From NCBI GenBank assembly GCA_964585805.1, contig CAZPFE010000001.1, positions 1-40,135 on the forward strand: 40,135 nt of DNA, written 5' to 3'. The position numbers were made by a program, and so were the translations under genes. The notes under the pieces are model-generated. The model saw nothing but the letters and a program-made list of their open reading frames with translations. It did not search any database and was not told the DNA's origin. Origin of the DNA: an uncultured Candidatus Saccharibacteria bacterium (GTDB lineage: Bacteria; Patescibacteriota; Minisyncoccia; Minisyncoccales; GWA2-38-27). Positions 1 to 9,042 of the stretch are shown here, one piece after another; positions within the stretch are counted from its first letter, which is position 1; each line of letters opens with the position of its first letter.

Positions 1-38
1 TTAAAATTAATCTATCTCAAGGTTAAAGAAACAAAAAA

Positions 39-479
39 TTACCCTACCTTCCCTCCTACTTCTTCAACTACCTTTTTCGCCGCTTCAGAAACACTACATC
101 CTTTAATAGTTAGTGGTTTAGTTAGTTTTCCTTTAGCCAAAATTTTAACTTTAGGGTTTTTGCCTTTAATTTTTGAAACAACTCCTTTTTTTATCAATGA
201 CTTAGGAGTAACAATTTCTTCCTTCTCAAAAAAACTTTCCAACTCTCTTAAATTAACAATAACTTCTAACCCTCTATCCTTTTTTACAGAACCTTGTCTA
301 TATCCCCTTAGTTTTGGATGTTTTTTAATTAACTCTCTAATCGCAGGAGGAAGCTTTCTTCCTGCCCGAGCTTTTTGTCCTTTTATTCCTCTCCCAGAAT
401 AAGTTCCTCTTTTACCACCTCTGCCAATTCTTTTTCTTTTTTTTAATTTGTGGGCTGGTTTTAGTTGATGTAACTGCAT
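39..479 (-). CDS. rplO: 50S ribosomal protein L15
   Basis: Translation contains the L15 glycine/arginine-rich N-terminus KRIGRGGKRGTYSGRGIKGQKARAG. It is the last gene after rpsE in a spc-type cluster. The ORF-track start at 485 is a GTG, so the ATG at 477-479 (MQLHQLKP) is preferred. Confidence 0.9.
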   Translation of the reverse strand: MQLHQLKPAHKLKKRKRIGRGGKRGTYSGRGIKGQKARAGRKLPPAIRELIKKHPKLRGYRQGSVKKDRGLEVIVNLRELESFFEKEEIVTPKSLIKKGVVSKIKGKNPKVKILAKGKLTKPLTIKGCSVSEAAKKVVEEVGGKVG

Positions 480-506
480 AATCACTTTTATATTATAACT
501 TTTAAA

Positions 507-1061
507 CTAAACTTTATTTTTTTCTTCTATCTCTAATTCTTCTTCTCTTTTGCTATCTTTTTCATCTTTTCTTTTTAAAGAAGTAACCAACCTTAAAGAT
601 TGTAGGGCTTTTAATGTTGCTCGAGCATTGTTAATCTTATTACTTGTCCGCCCGATTATTTTAGAAGAAATATTTTTAATTCCTGCCAAATCACAAACTA
701 TCCTCACCGTTCCTCCGGCAACCAAACCCTTTCCTTTTTTTTGAGGCTTTAATAAAACTTTTGCTGCTCCAAATTTTGCTTCTACCTGATGAGGAATCGT
801 CTCATTAACAATTAAAACTTTAATCAGATTTTTCTTTGCCTTCCTGGTTGCCTTTTCAACTGCTTGAGCAACATCCGCCCCTTTTGCTAATCCAAACCCA
901 ACCATTCCTTTCCTATTTCCTACAACTACTGCTGCCCTAAAGCGAAATCGTCTGCCTCCAGCAGTCATCCGCATAACCCGAGTTAAATCAATAAGCTTTG
1001 ATTCTAACTCCTCTGTATCTTTATTTTTTATTTCTTCTTGTTCTTCTGTTTTTGCCAACAT
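507..1061 (-). CDS. rpsE: 30S ribosomal protein S5
   Basis: S5 core is present (RVMRMTAGGRRFRFRAAVVVGN, GFGLAKGADVAQAV, IIGRTSN). It sits between rplR and rplO and has acidic/lysine-rich N- and C-terminal tails. Confidence 0.92.
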   Translation of the reverse strand: MLAKTEEQEEIKNKDTEELESKLIDLTRVMRMTAGGRRFRFRAAVVVGNRKGMVGFGLAKGADVAQAVEKATRKAKKNLIKVLIVNETIPHQVEAKFGAAKVLLKPQKKGKGLVAGGTVRIVCDLAGIKNISSKIIGRTSNKINNARATLKALQSLRLVTSLKRKDEKDSKREEELEIEEKNKV

Positions 1062-1085
1062 ATTTAATCATTAAAATTTAAAAAA

Positions 1086-1433
1086 TTAAAATTTTAATCC
1101 ACCTTCTCGCGCCCCTTCTGCTAATGCTTTGACTCGCCCATGATATTTGTATCCTGCCCTATCAAAAACTACTTTTTCAATCTTTTTTTCTAAAGATTTC
1201 TTGGCAATTAGTTTGCCCACTTGATAAGCTTTTTCTGTCTTTGACATCTTTTTATTTTTTAACTCTATATCACTCGCTGAAAACAAAGTCCTTCCTTTTT
1301 CATCATCAATTAATTGAGCATAAATATGCTTGGCTGATCTAAAAACACAAAGGCGCGGAATTTCCTCTGTCCCTTTAACTTTTGCTCTAATTCGACGATG
1401 CCTTCTATATCTTTTTATTTGTTTTTCTAACAT
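1086..1433 (-). CDS. rplR: 50S ribosomal protein L18
   Basis: L18 pattern [31 protein letters not shown] and C-terminal [25 protein letters not shown]. Operon position fits. Confidence 0.93.
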   Translation of the reverse strand: MLEKQIKRYRRHRRIRAKVKGTEEIPRLCVFRSAKHIYAQLIDDEKGRTLFSASDIELKNKKMSKTEKAYQVGKLIAKKSLEKKIEKVVFDRAGYKYHGRVKALAEGAREGGLKF

Positions 1434-1463
1434 AAATAACCAGTAATCTTAAAAATTTCAAAA

Positions 1464-2009
1464 TTATTGACTTGCTCCTATTGCTTTCTTTCCTACTTTT
1501 CTTCTTACCTCCTCTCCTTCATATCTAATACCCTTACCTTTATATGGTTCAGGAGGTCTAATTTTCCTAATCTTTGCTGCTATTTGTCCTACTTTTTCTT
1601 TATCAATTCCCGCAACAGTGATTATATTTTTATCTACTGAAAACTTAATACCTTCTGGTTTTTTTACTAAAACAGGATGAGAAAAACCTACTTTTAAAAC
1701 TAAATCCTCTCCCTGCATTTCCGCTCTATAACCAACCCCTTGCAGTTCTAACTTTTTTTCATATCCTTTTGTTACTCCTTCTATCATATTAAAAATAAGC
1801 GTTCTTTCTAAACCCCAAAAAGCCTTTGTTTTTTTTGTTTCTTTTTTAGGTGAAACTATAATTTGATTTTCTTTTATCTCAACTTTAATTTCTGGTCGAA
1901 CAATTCTTTTTAGTTCGCCTTTTGGTCCTTTAACTATCACTTCGTTGTTATTTATTTTTATCTCCACTCCAGTGGGTATTAAAATTGGTTTTTTGCCTAT
2001 CCGTGACAT
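1464..2009 (-). CDS. rplF: 50S ribosomal protein L6
   Basis: MSRIGKKPI.IP.GV start and the PEPYKGKGIRY motif. Position between rpsH and rplR. Confidence 0.93.
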   Translation of the reverse strand: MSRIGKKPILIPTGVEIKINNNEVIVKGPKGELKRIVRPEIKVEIKENQIIVSPKKETKKTKAFWGLERTLIFNMIEGVTKGYEKKLELQGVGYRAEMQGEDLVLKVGFSHPVLVKKPEGIKFSVDKNIITVAGIDKEKVGQIAAKIRKIRPPEPYKGKGIRYEGEEVRRKVGKKAIGASQ

Positions 2010-2025
2010 AATTTTCTGTAGTTAT

Positions 2026-2430
2026 TTACCATATTTCAAATAAAACTTCGCCTCCAATATTTTCTTTTTTTGCTTCCTTAGCTGTAATCACTCCTTTAGA
2101 GGTTGAAATAACTAATAAACCTTTCCTCTTTTTACTTTTAATTATTTCTTTTGCTGAACTATAAATTCTTTGTCCTGGCTTAGAAATTCTCCTAAAACCA
2201 TCTATAACTCCTTTTTCCTTTTTCCCTGTTTCTGAAATTTCATATTTCAACCAAATTTCAATCATTCTTCTTTCTTTTCTTCCTCTTTTTCCTACACTAA
2301 CAACAAAACCTTCTCTTGCTAAAAGTTTAGCAATCTCAAATTTAAACTTAGAAAAAGGAATAAGAACCTTGTCTTTAAAGACAGCCTGAGCATTCCATAT
2401 TCTATTTAACATATCTGTTACTGGATCCAT
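2026..2430 (-). CDS. rpsH: 30S ribosomal protein S8
   Basis: N-terminal DPVTDMLNRIWNA and C-terminal GGEVLFEIW are typical S8. Operon position fits. Confidence 0.92.
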   Translation of the reverse strand: MDPVTDMLNRIWNAQAVFKDKVLIPFSKFKFEIAKLLAREGFVVSVGKRGRKERRMIEIWLKYEISETGKKEKGVIDGFRRISKPGQRIYSSAKEIIKSKKRKGLLVISTSKGVITAKEAKKENIGGEVLFEIW

Positions 2431-2458
2431 AGTTATTTCTAAAATAATAACTTTATAA

Positions 2459-2644
2459 TTACCAACTTGATTTTCTTACTCCTGGAATTTCTCCTCTATT
2501 TGCCATTTCTCGAAAACATATTCTACATAAACCGAAATCTCTCATATATCCTCTTTTTCTACCACAACGAAAACAGCGATTTATTCTTCTGGTACTATAC
2601 TTTGGTTTTTTCTTTGCTTTAGCAATTTGTGATTTTTTTGGCAT
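2459..2644 (-). CDS. rpsN: 30S ribosomal protein S14, short zinc-ribbon (type Z) form
   Basis: 61 aa with CFRCGRKRG...CRICFRE (CxxC...CxxC) and a terminal W. Lies between rplE and rpsH. Confidence 0.92.
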   Translation of the reverse strand: MPKKSQIAKAKKKPKYSTRRINRCFRCGRKRGYMRDFGLCRICFREMANRGEIPGVRKSSW

Positions 2645-2652
2645 AAAATTTT

Positions 2653-3210
2653 TTATTTTTCTTTAATTGGCAATCCGGCTAATTTTAATAATTCTATTCC
2701 TTCTTCCTGTCTCTTTGCTGTGGTAACAATCACAATTTCAAAACTAAAAATTATCTTAGCATTTTCAGGATTAATCTCAGGAAAAACAATATGCTCTCTA
2801 ATCGGAATAGTTAAATTTCCTTGTCCGTCAAAAGAAGATTTTTTAATTCCTTTAAAATCTCTCGAACGAGGAAGAGTAATATTAATTACTCTATCCAAAA
2901 AATCGTACATCCTTGAACCTCTCAAAGTTACCATTGCCCCTACACTCATTCCTTTTCTAACTTTAAAAGAAGATATTGACTTTCTTGCTTTAGTTAAAAC
3001 CGGTCTCTGGCCACAAATTAACGATAGATCACTCAAAATACTTTCAATAATTTTTTCTTGTTCAGCTGAAGTTTTCCCGCTAATTAATTTTCCGAAACCA
3101 ACATTAACCACTATCTTCTCCAATTTAGGCACCATCATTAAATTCTTATAACCAAACTTTTCCATCAAGGCGGGCACTATTTCTTTTTGATATTTTTCTT
3201 TTAATCTCAT
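2653..3210 (-). CDS. rplE: 50S ribosomal protein L5
   Basis: [36 protein letters not shown] and [11 protein letters not shown] match L5. Operon position fits. Confidence 0.93.
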   Translation of the reverse strand: MRLKEKYQKEIVPALMEKFGYKNLMMVPKLEKIVVNVGFGKLISGKTSAEQEKIIESILSDLSLICGQRPVLTKARKSISSFKVRKGMSVGAMVTLRGSRMYDFLDRVINITLPRSRDFKGIKKSSFDGQGNLTIPIREHIVFPEINPENAKIIFSFEIVIVTTAKRQEEGIELLKLAGLPIKEK

Positions 3211-3227
3211 AACTTATTTATTAACTT

Positions 3228-3551
3228 CTAAATCTCCTGACCGCATTTTTTACAAATTCTACTTTTTACTCCATCAACAATCTTATACCCTACTCGAGTG
3301 GCTTTCCCGCACTTTGAACATATAATTTTAACATTTGAAACATCTAAAGGCGCAGGAACTTCTATAATTTGCCCCTTTTCTCCTTCGCGTCGCGGTTTGA
3401 TATGTTTCTTTTTAATATTTATTCCTTCAACAATAACTTTTCTCTTCTTAGGCAAAGAACTAACAACTTTTCCTTTTCTCCCTCTATCTTTCCCGCTAAT
3501 CACTAAAACCGTATCTCCTTTTTTAATTTTCATTTTAATCGGCTTACTCAT
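3228..3551 (-). CDS. rplX: 50S ribosomal protein L24 with a C-terminal CxxC...CxxC motif
   Basis: KOW motif KKGDTVLVISGKDRGRKGKV. Start chosen at MSKPIKMKIKKGD (ATG 3549-3551), 10 nt after the rplN stop. The longer ORF-track start at 3572 would overlap rplN. Confidence 0.88.
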   Translation of the reverse strand: MSKPIKMKIKKGDTVLVISGKDRGRKGKVVSSLPKKRKVIVEGINIKKKHIKPRREGEKGQIIEVPAPLDVSNVKIICSKCGKATRVGYKIVDGVKSRICKKCGQEI

Positions 3552-3561
3552 AATCATAATA

Positions 3562-3933
3562 TCAAACAACATCTTTAGCTAAATTTATAATTTTATCAAA
3601 CCCCTTCTCTTTAAGTTCTTTAGCAACAGGACCAAAAATTCTTGTCCCTCTTGGATTTTTACTTCCTCCTTCTAATATAACCACTGCATTATCATCAAAA
3701 CGGATATAAGAACCATCTTTTCTTCTAAATTCTTTCTTTTGTCTCACAATTACAGCTCTTACTACATCGTGCTTTTTAACCGGTCTCCGAGGTTCAGCTA
3801 CTTTTACTGCTCCTACAATAATATCACCTAAAGCAGCATATCTGCGCCGCGTTCCTCCCAAAACCCGGATACATTTTATTATCTTTGCGCCACTATTATC
3901 AGCAACTTTTAAAACTGTCTCTGTTTGAATCAT
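3562..3933 (-). CDS. rplN: 50S ribosomal protein L14
   Basis: [25 protein letters not shown] is the canonical L14 N-terminus. Confidence 0.95.
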   Translation of the reverse strand: MIQTETVLKVADNSGAKIIKCIRVLGGTRRRYAALGDIIVGAVKVAEPRRPVKKHDVVRAVIVRQKKEFRRKDGSYIRFDDNAVVILEGGSKNPRGTRIFGPVAKELKEKGFDKIINLAKDVV

Positions 3934-3965
3934 AAAGGTTTTTTGTTCTGTTTTTTATTTTAATA

Positions 3966-4199
3966 TTATTTTTTCTCAATCACTTTCCATCTTTTTTCCT
4001 TGCTTAAAGGTCGACATTCCTCAATAACTACTTTATCGCCAATCTGATATTCTCCACTCTCATAATGAGCTTTATATTTCTTATGAACCGGATATCTTTT
4101 TTTGTATTTAGGATGCATTTTAATTCTTTCCACTTCTACCACTAACGTCTTCTCCATTTTATTAGAAACCACTATTCCCTCTAAACGTTTTTTAGGCAT
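3966..4199 (-). CDS. rpsQ: 30S ribosomal protein S17
   Basis: [28 protein letters not shown] and RPLSKEKRW motifs. Position after rpmC. Confidence 0.92.
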   Translation of the reverse strand: MPKKRLEGIVVSNKMEKTLVVEVERIKMHPKYKKRYPVHKKYKAHYESGEYQIGDKVVIEECRPLSKEKRWKVIEKK

Positions 4200-4245
4200 A
4201 ATTTTATCTTTTATACTCTATATTTTTCTATATTTACCTTTATAT

Positions 4246-4275
4246 TAAATAAACGATTTCTAAATAAACGATTTC
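4246..4275. repeat. Perfect 15-bp tandem duplication (TAAATAAACGATTTC x2) in the rpmC-rpsQ spacer
   Basis: Read directly: 4246-4260 is identical to 4261-4275, followed by a partial third unit (TAAT). Confidence 0.9.
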
Positions 4276-4295
4276 TAATTATAATACCATTCTTT

Positions 4296-4496
4296 CTAAT
4301 TGTCAATTTGATTTTTCCTTTCCCTTAAAATGGTCAAAATTCTGGCTATATCTTTTCTTGTTTCCCTAATATCTTTAATATTTTTAACTTTTCCAGCCGC
4401 TAAATCAAAACGGAATTGTCTTAAATCCTCTCTTTTTTTTCTTAAAAGAGATTCTAATTCTGATGTAGAAATTCTTCTTAATTCTGCTGCCTTCAT
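4296..4496 (-). CDS. rpmC: 50S ribosomal protein L29
   Basis: 66-aa helical protein with ELRRISTSELESLLRKKREDLRQFRF. Lies between rplP and rpsQ. Confidence 0.88.
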   Translation of the reverse strand: MKAAELRRISTSELESLLRKKREDLRQFRFDLAAGKVKNIKDIRETRKDIARILTILRERKNQIDN

Positions 4497-4513
4497 ATGT
4501 CTAAGTCAATTTT

Positions 4514-4930
4514 TTAATCTTCTTTTTTAACAAACTTAGTTTTAATCGGTAATTTATCCGCCGCCTTTCTTAATGCTTCCTTTGCTTGTTCTTCTGGTAT
4601 GCCTTCTAATTCAAAAATAATCCTTCCAGGAGTAATTGGAAAAACATAATGATCTACTGAACCTTTTCCTCCACCCATTGGCACCTCATTGCCTTTTTTA
4701 GTAACTGGTTTGTCTGGAAAAATTCTAATCCAAAGCTTTCCTCTTTTTCTCAAATATCTAATTATCATTCTTCTTGCTGCTTCAATCTGCCGAGAAGTAA
4801 TCCATTTAGTTCCCATTGATTTCAAACCATAACTCCCAAAAGCAAGCGAACTACCTCGCTCTCTAATTGTTTTTGCTGCTCTCTTTCTCCACTTCCTATG
4901 TTTTACCTTTTTTGGTGCAAGTATTGCCAT
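4514..4930 (-). CDS. rplP: 50S ribosomal protein L16
   Basis: PKKVKHRKWRK, FGSYGLKS, TSRQIEAARR and MGGGKGSVDHYV motifs. Confidence 0.93.
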   Translation of the reverse strand: MAILAPKKVKHRKWRKRAAKTIRERGSSLAFGSYGLKSMGTKWITSRQIEAARRMIIRYLRKRGKLWIRIFPDKPVTKKGNEVPMGGGKGSVDHYVFPITPGRIIFELEGIPEEQAKEALRKAADKLPIKTKFVKKED

Positions 4931-4960
4931 AAAATTTAAAAAACTTAAATTTTCAATTAA

Positions 4961-5644
4961 CTAATCAAATTTTTCTCCTTTATAAATCCACACTTTCACT
5001 CCTATTACTCCATAAGTACAATAAGCTTCAGTAAAAGCATAATCAATATCTGCTCTAATAGTTTGACGAGGAAGTTTTCCTTCGGCTAACCATTCTCTTC
5101 TTGCAATTTCCACCCCATTAAGACGACCCGAAACTTCCACCCTCACTCCTTTTACTTCTTTAGTAGACATTACTTTACTTATCGCTTGTTTCATTGTTTT
5201 TCTATAATTTGCTCTTTTTTCAATTTGCTGAGCCACCCATTGAGCACATAAACTTGCCGAAAGCCAAGGATTACGCACTTCTCTAACTTCCAAATTGATA
5301 TTTTTTATAAAATTACTCTCTTTATTTTTCTTATTTATCTCCCCTAAATTTATCTTAAAAACCTTTTTTAATAACTTTTTTCTTATTTCTTCTACTCCTT
5401 CCCCTCCTTTACCAATTATAACTCCTGGTTTACTGCTAAAAACAACAATGTTTATTTTTGCCGGAAATCTTTCAATCTCTACTTTCTCAATACCAGCATT
5501 TTTTTCTCTTTGAAATTTAGAAAAAAATTCTCTAATTTTAAAATCTTCTTCCAGTTCTTTAGGAAGATCCTTATAAAATCCTCGTGAAAGCCAATCTTTT
5601 GTCTCTTTAATTCTAAATATTTTAGGATGAACTTTATGTGCCAT
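4961..5644 (-). CDS. rpsC: 30S ribosomal protein S3
   Basis: MAHKVHPKIFRI start, KH-domain GKGGEGVEEIRKKL, and C-terminal GVRVEVSGRLNG..IAR. Carries a Lys/Asn-rich insertion (KINLGEINKKNKESNFIKN). Confidence 0.92.
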   Translation of the reverse strand: MAHKVHPKIFRIKETKDWLSRGFYKDLPKELEEDFKIREFFSKFQREKNAGIEKVEIERFPAKINIVVFSSKPGVIIGKGGEGVEEIRKKLLKKVFKINLGEINKKNKESNFIKNINLEVREVRNPWLSASLCAQWVAQQIEKRANYRKTMKQAISKVMSTKEVKGVRVEVSGRLNGVEIARREWLAEGKLPRQTIRADIDYAFTEAYCTYGVIGVKVWIYKGEKFD

Positions 5645-5665
5645 AAAATTTTTTATTTTGTTTTA

Positions 5666-6049
5666 TTATTTACTTATTTTTTTCTCTTCTTTTGTCTTTT
5701 CTTTTTCATCTGCCTCCTTAATCTTTCCTAAAACTAACGTAATATGGGAAGTTCTTTTTTTAATAGGATTAGCCAATCCTCGTGAACGAGGCATCCATCT
5801 TTTATAAGTCGGACCTTCATTAACAAAAATTTTAGCAATATATAAATCATTATCTTCTATCTGAAAATTATGACGAGCATTAGATACTGCTGACTTTAAA
5901 AGCTTAGCTAAAGGTTTTGCTGCTTTTTTAGGGGTAAACTTCAAAATACGCTCGGCTTGATCAACCCGCTTATAACGAATAAGATCGGCAACCAATCTTA
6001 CCTTTCTGGGAGAAATTCTCAAATAATTTAATTTACTAATAATCTCCAT
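5666..6049 (-). CDS. rplV: 50S ribosomal protein L22
   Basis: LRISPRKVRLVADLIR and KRWMPRSRGLANPIKKRTSHITLVL motifs, with a Lys/Glu-rich C-terminal tail. Confidence 0.92.
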   Translation of the reverse strand: MEIISKLNYLRISPRKVRLVADLIRYKRVDQAERILKFTPKKAAKPLAKLLKSAVSNARHNFQIEDNDLYIAKIFVNEGPTYKRWMPRSRGLANPIKKRTSHITLVLGKIKEADEKEKTKEEKKISK

Positions 6050-6071
6050 AAGTTTTCGTTATAATCAAATT

Positions 6072-6371
6072 TTATTTATTTTTTTCTTTGGCTTTTGCTT
6101 CCTGCTCTCTCTGCATCTTTCCTCCATGCTTAATAAATTTAGTAGTCGGAGCAAATTCTCCCAACTTATGACCAACCATATCTTCTGTCACTTTAACAAT
6201 AATATGCTCTTTGCCATTATGAACACCAAAAGTAAAACCTACCATTTCTGGGACAATGGTACAAGCACGAGACCATGTCTTAATCACCACTCCATCATCA
6301 GGCTTTAAGTTCTTAATCTTCTTTAATAATTTTTCATCTATATATGGACCTTTTTTTATACTTCGTGCCAT
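6072..6371 (-). CDS. rpsS: 30S ribosomal protein S19
   Basis: [19 protein letters not shown] and [10 protein letters not shown] motifs. Confidence 0.93.
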   Translation of the reverse strand: MARSIKKGPYIDEKLLKKIKNLKPDDGVVIKTWSRACTIVPEMVGFTFGVHNGKEHIIVKVTEDMVGHKLGEFAPTTKFIKHGGKMQREQEAKAKEKNK

Positions 6372-6426
6372 ATTAATATAAATTTCTCTTTATATAAATT
6401 TCCAAATCTAACAAAGTTTAAATTTA

Positions 6427-7242
6427 TTATTTTCTACTCTTCTTTTTTCTTCTTTGTAAAATATATTTGTCACTTGCTTTTTTCTTTCTTGTCTTTACCC
6501 CTAATGCATGCTTTCCCCAAGGAGTTTTTGGATATCTCAGTCCAATCGGCGCTCTTCCTTCTCCTCCTCCATGAGGATGATCCACCGGATTCATTGCCGA
6601 TCCTCTAACAGTTGGTCTCCAACCTTTCAGACGTCTTCTTCCTGCTTTTCCTATGATTTCGTATCTCCATTCTGGATGAGAAACACTGCCAATAGTAGCA
6701 AAACATTCACCCCAAAAAGATCTAATTTCAGTAGAGGGCATTTCTAAATTAACACATTTTTCTTCATGAGCCAATACCTTAGCGCTTGTTCCTGCTGCCC
6801 TAACAACACTTCCTCCTTTTCCTGGATATAATTCTACATTGTAAACAAGGGTACCTACTGGAATATTTTTCAATTTCATTCTGTTTCCTATTTTAATTTC
6901 TGCTTTTTCTGAACAAATTACCTCATCACCAACTTTCATATCTTGAGCAGCCAATCTGTAACGTCTTTCTCCATCCTCGTATTCTAACAAAGCAATAAAA
7001 GCCGTTCTATAAGGATCATATTCTAAAGCAATAACCTTTGCCGGAATATCCATTTTTTCTTGGCCAAAATCTATTATTCTATACAATCTTTTTACTCCCC
7101 CTCCTCTATGACGCACTGTTATTCTGCCTGAATTATTTCTTCCTGCTTTCTTTTTTAATGATAAAAGCAACCTCTTTTCAGGCTTTTTCTTGGTTAATAT
7201 CTTTGTCCCTGATAATCCTTTTTCCTTTCTTTTAATTACCAT
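6427..7242 (-). CDS. rplB: 50S ribosomal protein L2
   Basis: [26 protein letters not shown] and [14 protein letters not shown] motifs. Confidence 0.95.
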   Translation of the reverse strand: MVIKRKEKGLSGTKILTKKKPEKRLLLSLKKKAGRNNSGRITVRHRGGGVKRLYRIIDFGQEKMDIPAKVIALEYDPYRTAFIALLEYEDGERRYRLAAQDMKVGDEVICSEKAEIKIGNRMKLKNIPVGTLVYNVELYPGKGGSVVRAAGTSAKVLAHEEKCVNLEMPSTEIRSFWGECFATIGSVSHPEWRYEIIGKAGRRRLKGWRPTVRGSAMNPVDHPHGGGEGRAPIGLRYPKTPWGKHALGVKTRKKKASDKYILQRRKKKSRK

Positions 7243-7256
7243 ATTATAACCTTATT

Positions 7257-7787
7257 TTATCTTAATAATAATTCTATCTTTTGATCTTTTTTAATAGTTA
7301 CTATTGCTTTTTTATATCCCTTTCTCCATCCAAGATATCTGCCCAACCTCCTTCTTTTTCTATGTACATTTATAATTCTTACCTTAACAACATCAACACC
7401 GTACACTTCCTCTACTGCTTTTTTAATCTCTATCTTATTCGCCTCTTTGGAAACCTTAAACACATACTTATTTTCCTCACTTAAAATAGTGGCTTTTTCA
7501 CTAATATGAGGAGCAATCAAAATTCGATAAGCAATTTCTGGAATCTTTTTCTTGTCTTTTTTCAAGGGCTTGCTTAATTTTTTACCATCTTTTTCTTGGT
7601 CTTTTTGTGCTTTTTTCTTTTCTTCCTTGTCTTTCTTTTCTGCCTTCTTTCCTGTCTTTTCCTTTTTCTTAACTTCCAAATCAGCAGGCTTCGTCTCCTC
7701 CTGTTTCTTCGCTTTATCAACTTCCTTATCTTTTTTCTTTTCTTTTCCCTTTTTATCTTTTTTGAAAATATTCAATAAACCTGCCAT
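7257..7787 (-). CDS. rplW: 50S ribosomal protein L23 with an ~85-aa Lys/Glu-rich N-terminal extension
   Basis: The C-terminal ~90 aa (ILIAPHISEKATILSEENKYVFKVSKEANKIEIKKAVEEVYGVDVVKVRIIN) is the L23 core. There is no in-frame Met between residue 1 and the core. The ATG lies 9 nt after the rplD stop. Confidence 0.85.
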   Translation of the reverse strand: MAGLLNIFKKDKKGKEKKKDKEVDKAKKQEETKPADLEVKKKEKTGKKAEKKDKEEKKKAQKDQEKDGKKLSKPLKKDKKKIPEIAYRILIAPHISEKATILSEENKYVFKVSKEANKIEIKKAVEEVYGVDVVKVRIINVHRKRRRLGRYLGWRKGYKKAIVTIKKDQKIELLLR

Positions 7788-7795
7788 ATCCTATC

Positions 7796-8431
7796 TTATT
7801 TTAATTTAAAAACTTCCTTAATTACTTCTATTGATTTTTTGGGCATTATTAAATATTTATAAGAAAGAATATCTAAAACATTTAAATCTTTTGCCTGGAT
7901 TGTTTCTATTTTAGGAATATTCCTAAAAGATAAAATAATATTTTTATCTATTTCCGGCAAAGCAATTAACCCTGACCCTTCTTTTAAAAACAACTTCTCT
8001 GCTATTTCTTTAGCGATTTTTGTCTTTGGTTCGTTAATTTTTAAATCATCTAAAACTAACAATAATTTCTCTCTAACTTTTTCAGATAAAACCATAAATA
8101 AAGCCTTTCTTCTCATTTTTTTTGGTATCCTCTTCTTAAAAACTTTTTCCGGGCTTGGACCAAAAGTCACTCCTCCTCCTTTCCAAATAGGGGACCGAAT
8201 AGACCCATGCCTTGCTCGACCAGTTCCTTTTTGTCTCCAAGGTTTTCTGCCTCCTCCGCTTACCTCTCCTCTATCCTTTGTTTTAGCAATCCTTCTTCGT
8301 CTATTTGATTGCTGAGCCAAAACTACTTGATGAACTAAATCAAGATTCATTGGAACCTCAAAAATATCAGCTGGCAATTCCATCTTTTCTACTTCTTCTT
8401 TATTCTGATTGTAAACTAAAATTTCCACCAT
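7796..8431 (-). CDS. rplD: 50S ribosomal protein L4
   Basis: GGGRKPWRQKGTGRARHGSIRSPIWKGGGVTFGP motif. Operon position fits. Confidence 0.94.
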   Translation of the reverse strand: MVEILVYNQNKEEVEKMELPADIFEVPMNLDLVHQVVLAQQSNRRRRIAKTKDRGEVSGGGRKPWRQKGTGRARHGSIRSPIWKGGGVTFGPSPEKVFKKRIPKKMRRKALFMVLSEKVREKLLLVLDDLKINEPKTKIAKEIAEKLFLKEGSGLIALPEIDKNIILSFRNIPKIETIQAKDLNVLDILSYKYLIMPKKSIEVIKEVFKLK

Positions 8432-8439
8432 ATTGAAGA

Positions 8440-9042
8440 TTATCCTCTAATTTCTAATAATGTCCCTCTTCTGCCGGGGACCGCTCCTTTTATAGCCAAA
8501 AGATTATTTTTAACATCTACTTTTACAACTTCCAAATTTTTCACTGTTACTCTTTCTGAACCCATCCGTCCTGGCATTTTTCTTCCTTTCCAAACCCTTT
8601 GAGGAAAAGCAGAACCAACTGAACCTAAAGACCTCTCTTCATGTTTTGTTCCATGAGTCGCGGGCAAACCAGCAAATCCCCATCTCTTAACTCCTCCTTG
8701 AAAACCTTTTCCTTTAGAAATACCTGAAACTTTTACTTTATCTCCTTCTTGGAAAATAGAAACATCAATCTTATCACCGGTTGAAAAACTTATTTCTTCT
8801 CCTTCCTCTTTTCTAAACTCCTTAAGATATCTGTATGGTTTATTTCTTTGTGGTTTCTTTATTTTTTTCTCCTTTTCTATTTTTTCAAAACCAATTTGAA
8901 TCGCCTCGTAACCATCTTTTTCTTTTGTTTTAATTTGAGTAACAAAACAAGGTCCTGCTTCAACTAAAGTGACAGGAATAACCTCTCCTTTCTCATTAAA
9001 TATCTGCGTCATTTCTAATTTTTTACCTAATATAAACTTCAT
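8440..9042 (-). CDS. rplC: 50S ribosomal protein L3
   Basis: MKFILGKKLEMTQIF is a typical L3 start, and FQGGVKRWGF..GLPATHG is present. The ORF-track N-terminus (MPGYYPVFYCITSAA, 9043-9087) reads through a GC hairpin and is not L3-like. Confidence 0.9.
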   Translation of the reverse strand: MKFILGKKLEMTQIFNEKGEVIPVTLVEAGPCFVTQIKTKEKDGYEAIQIGFEKIEKEKKIKKPQRNKPYRYLKEFRKEEGEEISFSTGDKIDVSIFQEGDKVKVSGISKGKGFQGGVKRWGFAGLPATHGTKHEERSLGSVGSAFPQRVWKGRKMPGRMGSERVTVKNLEVVKVDVKNNLLAIKGAVPGRRGTLLEIRG

